Shown here in pieces: positions 13,374-26,509 of a stretch of 64,000 nt of DNA. A program made the translations under genes and the position numbers. Source of the DNA: Macrostomum lignano (taxonomy: Eukaryota); NCBI GenBank assembly GCA_002269645.1, contig NIVC01000445.1, forward strand, positions 62,001 through 126,000, read 5' to 3'. Under the pieces are notes generated by a model, which had not been told where the DNA came from, did no database searches, and saw only the letters and a list, made by a program, of their open reading frames with translations. The first letter of the stretch is position 1. Each line of letters begins with the position of its first letter.

Positions 13374-14261
13374 CCATCCCTGTCTTCCAGAGTTCCCCGA
13401 TCTAGCTAACCCCAACAACAAATCTATTGAAATATAAGAACCAGAAGAGAAATATTTTTCTTCTTTGAATCCATAGTTGGGAGATAGATTAGATATAGGA
13501 ATAGAACAAATAGAGAAGTCCCACACATGACGAGAGTCAGACTCCTTTGCCGCGCACTTATATTACCTGTTTACCTGTGTCGAATGCGACAGAGAGAGAG
13601 GTGGGAGATGCGTATTCGGTCGAGTGGGAGATAAAAGATTTGCCTCAGATTGCTCCATGCAATCTAATAATAAAGTATTTGCATACTTGATGAGCTCCGC
13701 TTCTTTCTTGGTGGGTTCGGTCTGAGAGTTCCGCCCAGCAACAGGGGCCAAGGAGCGAGCAAAAAGGTTTTGAATTATTTTATTTCTTAACGACTCAAAT
13801 AAAAGGAGTAAACGCTGTGGTAAGAAGCCGCATAAATCCTTTGGTGAATCAGAGGACAGATCAAGGATGCCGCCTTTTTATTGCTATCATTCGAATCTTG
13901 TAGGCAGCTAGGCTTTTCTCTTGCGTAACTGCGCTCAGTACATAACTCTATATTATTGATCTAAATTAGAGCTCTATTGTATTTCACTGAGACCGAGATC
14001 TGCACTTGCTGCACTGCGCGCATCAAAAAATGAGTTTTTATTCTCCACCCCCCCCCAATTCATCAGCTTGAGCATCCTGCTAATAAATCAGCTTGAGCAG
14101 AGAGTGTCAGGGCACAGAAAGAGAGAGAAAGAGCATCAGGTGCAGATTATTAGAAAATGAATTGAATTAGTTTGAATCTTATATACGCGTCATGCTTCCT
14201 CGTGCGGGAGGGGAGTCGCGAGTTTAGATCATAAAGTTAGGATCCTGCATCGGTCCCTCTA

Positions 14262-15855
14262 ACCCGCACCGTCTGCGTGTGCGCCCCTTTGTGCCGGGCG
14301 CATTCTATTCTTGCAAAAAGCTGCATGTTGAGCCGTTAAACTCATTCGTATGCATGGGAGCTGCTGCAACACCATTGGGGCGTTTATTGATGAAGCCCGA
14401 GAGGGGTTGGTTGGGGGATTTCAACTCTTGAATTGTTCCCCGACTTGTCGCGCGCTGACCCCTGTCTGGTCTGACTCCCCCCTCCCCACCACCAGCATCC
14501 CGCATGCGGCATAAAACACATGCAGGGATACTGAGGGGATGCATAGAAAGTTTAAAAAAGGAACAATGACTGCTGCTGCTGCATACGCGGTTAGGAAATT
14601 AATATCTTTCACGGGGATAATTATCGGTCACGGGGATTTAGGATTAGATTCGGGCTAAAGTTTTCTGCTCCCGCAGCAGACCCCTCCCATACCCCCACTT
14701 CTCTTCACCTCCAGAATTTCTCTGCAGCGCTGAGCAATTAAAAACGGACTCAGATGATGGCGCACGGAGCCTGGGGGATAAAGGGGCCGAGGGATGCTTT
14801 TCTCTCTGTGTACAGTTGAACTGAGCGGATAGCTGCAGGGGAGGTCGTTTGTCTTCCAACACGAGCGATTTTTTGTCTAGATATGGCTGCACCAAGCAGC
14901 AGCCAGGGGTCACTGCAGAAATCTATCCTGAAGCAGCTGAAATGACATCCAGCACTGCTGACAGCAACCGGTTCACAGCTCTACACCGCCTGTATCTGTC
15001 GAGAGTCAGCCAGTACTGAATATATCCTCCCATAACGCGGGAAATAATCCGCATTTTCCCACTTCTCGCGCCTCTCTGTCTCTCCTCTCCCGAGAACAAA
15101 AACTGATTATTAAAATGAAGAAAAAATCATGAAAAGGCGGGAGATTTCAATTTCAGTAATGGGGCGTGGATTTCCCTTTAGCGGCTGAACTGAAGTGTCC
15201 CTAGGGGGGGGGGCTCAGAATCCCCATTGTTTGTTGAGACACCTTCCACGAGGCTGCAGTCTCCCGTGTCTGCTGGGAGCTGCGACTTCTCAGATTGGGA
15301 CACAGAATTTTTTGAAAAACGCATCTAGACGGGAGATGGGGGTGGCACACGCAGCGAACGAATCTGGGAAGGGAAGTCTCCCAACCATACACGCGCGGCC
15401 CCCTTCATCGGCCAATCCCAGACCCGCATGCCCAGCTCCCCTCCCTCCTGCCCGCCCGCAGTTTCCCCAACCCCAATCCCCCATCGTTGCGATTGTTTCC
15501 CAAATCCCAACGCATCCTTCTCAACCCCACCCGCCTCGATCCCATTGGCGCTGGGGCTGTGGGCTCCCGGCTCGGCTATTAAAGCAGGCCTACCCGCAGC
15601 TCGGCGGAGGCCCACATCGAATTTTCCCTTCAAGCCACTCGAGCCTCCCCAGCATATCCTCCAGCCACAACCAGCAGGTATTCCCGCATTCTCCTCTCTG
15701 ATCCCCAGAGAATCCCAGGACTAAAGACAGTTGCGCTTGTACCGAGTTTCTAGCGGGCGGCAGTTCAATACAGAAAGCCGCAAATTTTGCACACGTACCC
15801 CAAAGCATAGATAACAATCATAATTGTAATAATAAAATAGGCACTCAGCCCGCAT
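14262..15855 (+). promoter_or_regulatory. Cluster of GCM binding sites upstream of gcm paralogue A
   Basis: ACCCGCAT 15422, GCCCGCAT 15848, TCCCGCAT 14498 and 15682; near-matches ACCCGCAC 14262, ACCCGCAG 15592, ACCAGCAT 14491. The known GCM consensus is (A/G)CCCGCAT. Confidence 0.55.
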
Positions 15856-15902
15856 CCGCCAGCATCAGCCATTTTCACTGCACAAAATTCACCGCACAAG
15901 AC

Positions 15903-18423
15903 ATGACTCTGGGAAGCAGCGGAAGCAGCGGAGGTGCAGAGCTGCAGCAGCAGGTTAGCGCCAGCAAGCGATCATGGGACATCAACGACAGCAAGCTGCC
16001 ATTGGTAAGCGCTAAAACCTCCGCCTCACCGACCAATACGCAGTCAATTTCGCTAATTTAAGTACTCTTAATTTATACTAAAACCAAACCTCCCCATCGA
16101 ACAGCCCGACAGGCACGACAGCTTCCAGCTCTGGCCGAACGGACACTGCCGCTACGCCTATTGCCAGGACTCGGACGAGGCCAAACGGCACACCAGCGGC
16201 TGGGCGATGCGGAACACCAACAATCACAACGTGAGCATCTTGAAGAAGTCCTGCCTCGGTGTGCTGGTCTGCAGCCGCGGCTGTCTGGCCCCCACAGGCA
16301 ACCCGCTGGCCCTGCGGCCGGCCATCTGCGACAAGGCGAGAAGAAAACAGTGCGGTGAGCGACGGCTTCTGCTCTTGCATTCTTAATAGAGAAACGTACT
16401 ACTATGAGTACTGTATTCTACAAGCTATCTTTGGTATTCAATGCTAATTGAACAATCCCCAATCTATGATGCAGGCAAGCCGTGCCCCAACGCCAAATGC
16501 GATGGCACCCTGGTCCTGCAGGCCTGCCGGGGCCACTCCGGCTACCCGGTCACGCATTTCTGGCGCCACCTGAACGGCTGCGTCTATTTTCAAGCCAAGG
16601 GGGCGCACGACCACCCGGCGCCGGATCTGAAGCCGTCCGAAGAGTTTCGCAAAAACAATCGAAAGGCGACTAAAAGGCCGGCGGCCGCTGCTTTAGCGGT
16701 GAGTTCTTGAGTTATTTTTTTAACCCCCCCCTCTACTCATGTATGCCCGCCACTTCATCCGCTCCTTCACCCGCCCCTTCATCCGCCCTTCATACGCATT
16801 TCATCCACCTCTTCATCCGCCCTTTCATCTACCCACTATCTGCCCCTTCATCCGCCCCTTCATCCGCCCCTTCATCCGCCCCTTCACCCGCCCTTTCATC
16901 CACCTCATCACCCGCCCTTTCATCCACCTCATCATCTGTCCCTTCATCCGCCCTTCATACGCATTTCATCCACCTCTTCATCCGCCCTTTCATCTATCCA
17001 CTATCTGCCCCTTCATCCGCCCCTTCATTCGCCCCTTCATCCGCCCCTTCACCCGCCCTTTCATCCACGTCATCATCCGCCCTTTCATCCACCTCATCAT
17101 CTGTCCCTTCATCCGCCCTTCATACGCATTTCATCCACCTCTTCATCCGCCCTTTCATCTACCCACTATCTGCCCCTTCATCCGCCCCTTCATTCGCCCC
17201 TTCATCCGCCCCTTCACCCGCCCTTTCATCCACGTCATCATCCGCCCTTTCATCCACCTCATCATCTGTCCCCTTCATCCGCCCTTTCATCCGCCTCATC
17301 ATATGTCCCTTCATCCGCCTTTTCATTCTGTCCCTTCATCCGCCCTTTCATCCACCTCATCATCCGCCCCTTCATCCGCCCTTTCATCCACCTCATCATC
17401 CGCCCCTTCATCCGCCCTTTCATCCGCCCCCATCATCCGCCCCTTCTCCCGCCCCTTCATCCGCGTATACTTAACGCAAAACAACCCGCTATAAAATTGT
17501 CACTCCCTCCAATCCAAATATTCCAGCGCCGGCCAGCAGCGACGGTCCTTGACTGCACCGACCAGGTCGACGGTCCGCTGCCTCCGGCCAAGGCGCTCCG
17601 CCTGCAGGCATTCGTGGGGCCCAACTCGGACATGATGCCGCCCCCCTGCTGCTCGCCCTTCTCCTGCGCCTACCAGCCGCCGCACTCAGCCGTCGCCGCT
17701 GCCGCTGCCGCGGCCGCCTACAATCAGCAGCAGGAGCAGCAGACTCAGCACCAGCTGCATCATCAGCAGTGCCAGCTGCCCCAGCATCCGAATTTTTACA
17801 GCCCCGAATCGGCGCCTCATCGCGTACCTGCCCAATACTACAGCGACCTGCAGCAGCAGTCGGCGGCGGCGGCCTACCAACACCAGCATCATCAGCATCA
17901 TCACCAGCAGCAGCTGCATCATCCTGCAGCCGCTCACCACGCCGCCTACCAGCCTCTTCAGACAGTCCCGCCGGCCACCCCGCCGCCAGCCGTCCACGGC
18001 GGTTTCTCCCGGCACGCCTCGGACGCCATCAAGAGCAGCCCGGACTCGCCGCTGTGCAGCCCCGCTGGCATGCCGTTCGAGTCTGCAGCTCAGCAGGAGT
18101 CGTTCTTCCCGTTCTGGAGCCCGACGCATCAGATGTTCAGCCAGCAGCAGCAGCCGCACCAGCAGCTCCACCACCAGAGCCAGCATCAGCTACATCATCA
18201 TCATCAGCAGCAGCAGCAGTACCAGCATCACTATGAGCAGCAGCAGCAGCAGTGCTCTCAGTCACCCTCTATGACAGCAGCGGCAGCGGCAGCGGCAGCG
18301 GCGGCCTGGGCGAACAGTTGCCAGCCAGTTGCCAGCCAGTATTTCCAGCAGCAGCTGCATGACTACGGCAATCCGGCCACCTACCCGCCGCAGGCGCCGC
18401 CAGCAGTTCTTGGCCAGTCTTGA
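15903..18423 (+). CDS. gcm: GCM (glial cells missing) family transcription factor, paralogue A; 4 exons, ~490 aa
   Basis: Exons 15903-16004, 16105-16354, 16475-16698, 17527-18423, all GT-AG, phases 0/1/0, joining in frame (1473 nt). Translation has the GCM domain: [93 protein letters not shown] with all Zn ligands, then a Q/H/A-rich C-terminus. The start ATG is inferred. Confidence 0.95.
16740..17465. repeat. Pyrimidine-rich minisatellite (CCTTCATCCGCC core, ~165-nt higher-order period) in gcm-A intron 3
   Basis: CATACGCATT recurs at 16791, 16956 and 17121. Confidence 0.95.
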
Positions 18424-19121
18424 ACAAAATTGATTGATTTTGTTAATATCTCGAAGATCCAACATGGGATCAAGCAAAATCGGCTGTGATTCTTATTATT
18501 TCTATTGTACAGTTTTAATGCGATCTGCTTTGGCTAAAACTTCGAGTGTAAATACTATGTTGCGTGATGCGCAGTTTACATAATATCGCATTACATTTTA
18601 TTTGCTGTACATAAAATTGAGAACTGTCTCTATCGCGCCGCTAACTATAACAGCTATATTATACTTTAAATGCAACGCTCTGCTCTGTGTCTCAATTCTA
18701 ATAACTTCTAATCATCTGCAACAATCTGTCAATCAATCTTTAACTCAAACCAATCAGAATATTCTTGCACTCGTCAACTATCTTGTAAATAATTGTTTAT
18801 CTTTTTCAACTTATTGGCAAGCTGTAGTGCATGTCTCGCAATGCCGTCATTTTGCTTTCATTAGCTGCCGCCCTCTTAACTATACATGTAGTTACTAATT
18901 CCTTCGTAATTATTATACAAAAGTACATTAGCTATTTTTAAGAGTTCGATATTTTCTTTTCGAAGCGAGCCGCATGCGATGTGCAAATTAAAAAAACGAA
19001 GTGTTTTAATTGGTTTTGTCTTTTTAATGACGTCATTTGGTCAATGGAAAAGCTTTCGGATTGATAAAATATGATAAGGTATTAGAGTGAATGAGAGATA
19101 GTGTTATGATATTGAGTGACA

Positions 19122-19340
19122 TTTGAGATCTGGGAGTGACATTGAAAATCGGAGAGTGACATTTGAGATCTGGGAGTGACATTTGAGATCTGGGAGTGAC
19201 ATTTGAGATCTGGGAGTGACATTTGAGATCTGGGAGTGAAATTGGAAATCGGGGAGTGACATAGGAGATCCTGGAGTGACATTGGAAATCGGAGAGTGAT
19301 ATTTGAGAGCTGAGAGTGACATTTAAAAGCCGGGAGTGAC
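19122..19340. repeat. 20-nt minisatellite (GAGTGACATTTGAGATCTGG)n
   Basis: Direct reading, ~11 units. Confidence 0.93.
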
Positions 19341-20169
19341 AAGATTTGTGAAACTTAGTGAAACTTAGTGAAACTGCTCATTATCGTTCATTTATGCTAG
19401 CCCTGAGTTGCATATTAATTCTATAAATATGCTACACTCGTACACTGATGTCTATCAAGATTAAAACTGCAAGATCATGTATTTATTATTAATGATGATC
19501 ATATTATATATAAAATGCCCATATTTACATTTACTGAAGGTCAGTTGCGTTGTGTCCACTATAGTTATAACTCTCACGCACTGTCATCTATGAACAAGAT
19601 CGATTCTATATAATAATAACATGTCAGACGTTCATAAGGCAGATATCAATAGTAATTAAATACTTATATCACCTGCATTCGAACTAGCACTGGAGGTTGC
19701 GTCATCCCAGCGCATCCGAGGCCGCGGCTTTGGGGCAATAACTTGTAGGGGGTTGTTGCATCACTGTGAGCATATAGAAGCATACTTTTATGAGCAGAAT
19801 TTAGAAATATCGACTGAGGCCATAGACTATGAAAGAGAAAAGGTCTAAGAACAATTTCTAGAGTCACCACTCCCACAACTGCAGGCTGCAAGCAATTAGT
19901 CATGTTATTATTCAGACAGACATGTTGCAAACTTATTTCTGCCATATTTCAGAAACTCATAAATATCGAAGACTTGTATTGTGGCAAATGACTCTTCTTT
20001 TCCTTTTTGACAAGCGAAGAACAACAAACAGCATTTTTCTATAGTTAGTTTACAAGGAAAATATTTTCTTTAGAGAAACCATGCTTATGAAATGAATGTC
20101 GTCAACATAGACCCTATTCATTCATTTGTGTTGTCTTCCGTGTTGTAGGTTACCGAAACATGTTTCAAG

Positions 20170-20530
20170 TTGGGGATTTCAAAATGGGATTTTAGAATCG
20201 GATTTCGAGTTGGAGATGTCAGAATGGGATTTCAGAATGGGATTTCAGAATGGGATTTCAGAATGGGATTTCAGAATGGGATTTCAGTATGGGATTTCAG
20301 AATGGGATTTCAGAATCGGATTTCAGAATGGGATTTCAGTATGGGATTTCAGAATAGGATTTCAAAATGGGATTTCAGAATGGGATTTCAAAATGGGATT
20401 TCAGAATGGGATTTAAGTATGGGATTTCAAAATGGGATTTCAGAATGTGATTTAAGTATAGGATTTCAGAATGGGATTTCAGAGTGGGATTTCAGAATGG
20501 GATTTCAGTATGGGATTTCAAAATGGGATT
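20170..20530. repeat. 13-nt minisatellite (ATGGGATTTCAGA)n
   Basis: Direct reading. Confidence 0.95.
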
Positions 20531-21269
20531 ATGAGTTAGGGATTCCAGTTGAAGTAGACCCTACAAAGACGGCAAGACCCAGCATAGAATATTCATCAGT
20601 ATTCGAATGTTAAGCGACAATTCTGATAAATAATTAGCATTTTTTCGAAACAGAACCACACTATGCAGACAGAGACAAAGAGAGGGACAAAGGACCTGAA
20701 TAAAGAACAGGTCACCTGCAGAAATATTTGCTATAGCCTATACAGCCCAGCTATCCGTGTTTCGAGAAGGCAGACTTTAATAAGCATCTCTACAATGGGG
20801 ATGAAACTTCATCTAAAAGCATTATACAGCCCGTTCCCGCATCCACCAGCATGCTGGTGCTCAGGGTTTGGGGTGAGTCCGCAGACAGCCCGCAGGACTT
20901 CACCGAATCTGCCCACCCCCCCCCGTTTCCTGACCCAGACTCCAACATCCCATTCTCTCATTCTCATTTGTAAGCAGGTCTACCGAAAAAACTGCTAAGA
21001 TCTTCTTTTCTCTACAGAAGGGGGGGGGGCTCAGATCTAGATATCTGGAGAAAGGAACCCCCACTCCTACACTACCGAGTGCATGTGACGTACATGCGCA
21101 GATATTGTAGCGGGTAGAAATTTGGTTGCGTTCAAAAATTGTTTGAAATGTAAAATTATAGTATAATTATTTTGTCGGCCAAGTTTACCTAGTGCTCTCT
21201 GTTAAAGATTAACGTCTTTAAAAGCAGGTTTATCAACGATATTGCACCACAGACAGGTTTGCCTAAGCT

Positions 21270-21590
21270 GTACTTTGAGAGTGCGGGACGGGGGTGCGGG
21301 GGCGGGGGGTTTCACAAACTCGAAATTTCACAAGATCGAAATTTCACAAGGTCGAAATTTCACAACATTGAAAACTTTAGCAAGGGACTTCATAAGGTCG
21401 AAACTTCACAACGTAGAAAACGTAGAACCTTGTGAAATTTCGACCTTGTGAAGTTTCGACCCTGTGAAATAATTTACTTTTCGACGTTGTGAAATTTCGA
21501 CCTTGTGAAAGCACCCCCAGGGGCGGAGCCGGGTCCCCAACCACTACCATAGACTATTTGTTGTTTTCTAAGAGTGTCTAAATAAAGTAC
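21270..21590. mobile_element. Small foldback/MITE-like element with inverted arms built from a 16-nt subrepeat
   Basis: 21311-21415 carries tandem AAATTTCACAAGGTCG; 21428-21511 carries its reverse complement CGACCTTGTGAAATTT. G-rich and C-rich flanks; outer CTGTACTTT (21269) and AAAGTACAG (~21583) are inverted. Confidence 0.5.
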
Positions 21591-22249
21591 AGTATTTATT
21601 TTTATGGCAGTCAATCGGGTCTTTGGCCATAGGCAGTTCAATTCAGATTCAATCCATGGTTTAATTTTGCATAATCTGCTTCTAGCTCGTAGTTCATCTA
21701 ATTCACACAAGACCAAAATGATAAAAACTTTTTTTTTGATTGAGAAATCGCCTCCGTAAGTCCTGTGGGCGCCCTCATATTTTCTGCAGATGAAGGCTTC
21801 AAAATCCTGTTTTGCAACCGCAGTCACTCCTATGCACCCCAATATCGGTTTGGGGCTTAGAGAACGGGACCGTGGCTTGGAGAATGACAAAGGAAAAATA
21901 TATTCTTCATGCGGGACTAGAGAAAAAACCGAAAGAAACTCTAATTTTGCTTGGAATCTGTTTAGAATCTGAAAAATTCTTATCCAAAACTTCAGCTTCT
22001 TCGAGGCCAGGATGAGGGAGGGAGAGAGCCAGAGAGGAGACTCAAAAGCTTGTTGCTAGGAGCCCTTGGCGCGCTTCCTTAAATTATCCCGCATATAAAG
22101 ACACGAGTGTTGCTGTGAATCTTAAGAAATCTGTCTGTCTTTTAGCCGCAACAAAGGCAGGAGTGGGCAGCAGTGAATGTCCAGGCCAACCTTCTGTGGC
22201 GATCTTTAGGTAAAGAATTTAGAATTTGCTAAAACTGGACTAAGAGGGT

Positions 22250-23060
22250 GCCATGTACAATAGAGTGAGTGCCATGTAGAATGAGTGCCATGTAGAATGA
22301 GTGCCATGTAGAATGAGTGCCATGTAGAATGAGTGCCATGTAGAATGAGTGCCATGTAGAATGAGTGCCATGTAGAATGAGTGCCATGTAGAATGAGTGC
22401 CATGTAGAATGAGTGCCATGTAGAATGAGTGCCATGTAGAATGAGTGCCATGTAGAATGAGTGCCATGTAGAATGAGTGCCATGTAGAATGAGTGCCATG
22501 TAGAATGAGTGCCATGTAGAATGAGTGCCATGTAGAATGAGTTTCATGTAGAATGAGTGCCATGAGTTCCATATAGAATGAATGCCATGTAGAATGAGTG
22601 CCATGTAGAACGAGTGCCATGTAGAATGAGTGCCATGTAGAATGAGTGCCATGTAGAATGAGCGCCATGTAGAATGAGCGCCATGTAGAATGAATGCCAT
22701 GTAGAATGAGTGCCATGTAGAATGAGCGCCATGTAGAATGAGCGCCATGTAGAATGAGCGCCATGTAGAATGAGTGCCATGTAGAATGAGTGCCATGTAG
22801 AATGAGTGCCATGTAGAATGAGTGCCATGTAGAATGAGTGCCATGTAGAATGAGTGCCATGTAGAATGAGTGCCATGTAGAATGAGTGCCATGTAGAATG
22901 AGTGCCATGTAGAATGAGTGCCATGTAGAATGAGTGCCATGTAGAATGAATTTCATGTAGAATGAGTGCCATGTAGAATGAGTGCCATGTAGAATGAATT
23001 TCATGTAGAATGAGTGCCATGTAGAACAAGTGCCATGTAGAATGAGTGCCATGTAGAATG
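22250..23060. repeat. 16-nt minisatellite (AGAATGAGTGCCATGT)n
   Basis: Direct reading, ~50 units; explains ORFs 22206-23052. Confidence 0.97.
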
Positions 23061-23934
23061 GGCGCTGCTTAAAATGGAACAGGGCAGGGATAATAAAACT
23101 GGAATTAATGTCCTTTTTAGCTTTCCAAGTCCCAAAGGAATGAACACTAATCCTATTTTAATCACATGTTCCTCTGTTTCTGCAGTTCAGCAAAATCAAC
23201 AACTGCAGGGTGAATGAGCTATAGCGTTTGATTTATTTCATTTTTTGCAGCAGAATGACAACAGTGATGACAATAAATTTGCTCGAGATCGCTAAAAAGT
23301 GATAATTCAACACGGGGGTTGGATGGGGGTTGGCGGCACAAGCAGACTTGCGGGCAGCTTGTTGCAGTAAGGCTGAAAACAGATGGATTATCATCGGGAA
23401 CAGAATCCTCAAGCCCTCATTTATCCTGCACGATTCTGCCGGCACAATGATTCCATTGTTTTCATTTCGACCATATATAAATTGAAAGATGAAGTAAGAA
23501 GAGCCTCCAAGCCTTCGTGAGCAGTAAAACCCACCACCCATATTCAGAGGAATGCCTTGCAGATCACAACTATGTATTATCATTTTGACTGTTGATCCTC
23601 AGTGGATTTCAGAACTCCCCACCTCTCTTTCGCTTCACCGACCGATATTTTTTCCTGTCTTTCTCTCCAGCCTTGCCCCTCTGTATTGCAGTCTACGCAC
23701 ACACCGAAAATAATTTTATAAACTGTTGTTTAGTTGATGTTGCATTGTCACATTGTCTGTTCTGCCACATTCATTTAGTCGTGTCTTGGTTGTTTTCTTA
23801 AGTTCTAAGAAACAGCTATAGCTATTAACTGGTCTGGGAGTGAATTCTTGCTGACAGCAACAAAAACAGCGTCAGAAGAAGTAGTTTGTATAGTGTACAA
23901 AGACAATTTTACAAAGACTTCGGGGTGATCCCAA

Positions 23935-24360
23935 CACTGCGCGCTTATAGCACTGGGCGCTTATATAGCACTGCGCGCTTATATAGCACTGCGCGCCTAT
24001 AGCACTGCGCGCTTATATAGCACTGCGCGCCTATAACACTGCGCGCTCATATAACACTGCGCGCCTATAACACTGCGCGCTTATATAACACTGCGCGCTT
24101 ATATAGCACTGCGCGCTTGTATAACTCTACGCGCCTATAACACTAGGCGCTTATAACACTGTGCGCTCATATAACACTGCGCGCTTATATTACACTGCGC
24201 GCTTATATAGCACTGCGCGCTAATATAACACTGCGCGCTTATATAACACTGCGCGCTTATATAACACTGCGCGCTTATATAACACTGCGCGCTTATATAG
24301 CACTGCGCGCTTATATAACACTGCGCGCTTATATAACACTGCGCGCTTATATAACACTAG
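23935..24360. repeat. 18-nt minisatellite (CACTGCGCGCTTATATAG)n
   Basis: Direct reading, ~24 units. Confidence 0.95.
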
Positions 24361-25169
24361 GCTCTTCTGCTGCGTACCCTCTCCCATATGAGCAGGCACA
24401 ACCGATGGATTGGGTCAGCGAACAAAAAATTTGCTGGAAGCCGCCGCTCTGATGGCAATCTGATGGGGAATGTCAGACGGGAAGGCCGACGGTCCGCCAC
24501 GCGACATATTCCGATATCCCATCGCATTGCGCAATGGCGAAGGCCAGAGTTCTGATTTCGAACTGGAGTGAATGCAGCCTGAGGCGCTGACTTCTCAGCT
24601 CAACTGTCTTTCTCTTGTTCTCAAAACACGAAACAATATTTCTATGTAGGAGAAAGCTGACCCCCCAGCAGTTGTCCCAAATTTCTCCCAGCTCTGCAGG
24701 TGTCTCCTTTGCATGCGCGAGTCATCTGATTAACATGGCCGGACTTCCTGATTGATGAGGCGCACGAGTGAGGCTGGGCTGGGTGGAGGATGGGGGCGGG
24801 GAATTTCAAAGCATTTTCCAAAGTGGCCCATTGTAATTGCGCCACTGACGTCAGTTCGAACTCGAAGAACTCCCGAGCTTCTCAGCTTACATACACCTTA
24901 CTGAATACTGTTGGATTCCATATTGTCTGACAAATTAACTACATCAATCGAACCCAACCAACGTGTATTGAGAAATTGTGCAACAAGAGAGAACTACTGC
25001 TCAATGTTGTGCAAGGCCATGGTTAGTTATCTACATGTCAGGCAGTCTGACAGCGGCGTCCAGACTCTGAGATTCTGATCTACTAGTAAAAGCAAGCATC
25101 TATTCTACGTAGAAATATGCTAGGAAGTTTGACGCTCCTTTCATTTTCATTTTATAGCTGCCAGCCGCC

Positions 25170-26090
25170 AGATACTATAAATAGGGCGCACTAGTAGCGA
25201 CCCTAGTAGCGACCCCAGACACTATAAATAGGGCGCACTAGTTAGCGACCCTAGACACTATAAATAGGGCGCACTAGTAGCGACCCTAGTAGCGACCCCA
25301 GACACTATAAATAGGGCGCACTAGTTAGCGACCCTAGACACTATAAATAGGGCGCACTAGTTAGCGACCCCAGACACTATAAATAGGGCGCACTAGTTAG
25401 CGACCCTAGACACTATAAATAGGGCGCACTAGTAGCGACCCTAGTAGCGACCCCAGACACTATAAATAGGGCGCACTAGTAGCGACCCTAGACACTATAA
25501 ATAGGGCGCACTAGTTAGCGACCCTAGACACTATAAATAGGGCGCACTAGTTAGCGGTCCTAGACACTATAAAAAGGGCGCACTAGTAGCTGTCCTAGAC
25601 ACTATAAATAGGGCGCACTAGTAGCGACCCTAGACACTATAAATAGGGCGCACTAGTTAGCGACCCTAGACACTATAAATAGGGCGCACTGGTAGCGACC
25701 CTAGACACTATAAATAGGGCGCACTAGTTAGCGACCCTAGACACTATAAATAGGGCGCACTGGTAGCGACCCCAGATACTATAAATAGGGCGCACTAGTA
25801 GCGGTCCTAGACACTATAAATAGGGCGCACTAGTAGCGACCCCAGACACTATAAATAGGGCGCACTAGTAGCGGTCCTAGACACTACAAATAGAGCGCCC
25901 TAGTAGCGGTCCTAGACACTACAAATAGAGCGCACTAGTAGCGGTCCTAGACACTATAAATAGGGCGCACTAGTAGCGACCCCAGACACTATAAATAGGG
26001 CGCGCTAGTAGCGTTCCTAGACACTAATTAGAGCGCACTAGTAGCGGTCCTATTCCTAGACACTACAAATAGAGCGCACTAGTAGCGGCG
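25170..26090. repeat. 35-44 nt minisatellite (GACACTATAAATAGGGCGCACTAGTAGCGACCCTA)n
   Basis: Direct reading, ~25 units. Confidence 0.96.
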
Positions 26091-26509
26091 CCAGGTACAC
26101 TCAGTGAATTCTGTCGCAAAAATAAATATGGTCAAACAGTCACCTTCTGATAACGCACACAATAGTCTTCATTAAAAGTCGGATCCCCGCTCCCCAGTCC
26201 AGTTTCTAGGGTGCGTAAACAAAGTACAAAAAGCATCTTCAAGAATATCGGGCCAAAGTCGAAGTTGGAGTCACGAATTGTTGCAGAGTTCGGGGCAAGG
26301 AATCCCATGATTTATGGCAGTGCCAATCCGAGTCCAGGAAATCAGAGCAATTGCTTTCTGTCGGCTTCAATTTCGGCAGTATTTGGCAATTTTACTGCAC
26401 CGAGGCGTGACTTTCTTGAATGCCTGCTCCCCAATTTGCTAGTGCGGGGATGCGTGTGCCTTGGCATTTTTAATATCCCATCTCTGACTCCATCTCTGTG
26501 TCTCAGATT

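Noticed and set aside
14644-15817. Several Pro/Gly-rich ORFs upstream of gcm-A
   Set aside because: GC-rich promoter-like sequence, overlapping ORFs on both strands, no domain similarity or splice support.
16707-17494. 255-aa and 251-aa ORFs in gcm-A intron 3
   Set aside because: Repeat read-through; the intron is 828 nt but retention meets TGA four codons in.
22206-23052. His-rich repeat ORFs (MALILHGTHSTWHSFY)
   Set aside because: All three frames are open because the 16-nt unit lacks stops on that strand; no unique coding flank.
9018-26090. CRISPR-like appearance of palindromic arrays (9018, 25170 and similar)
   Set aside because: No unique spacers, no cas genes, eukaryotic context.
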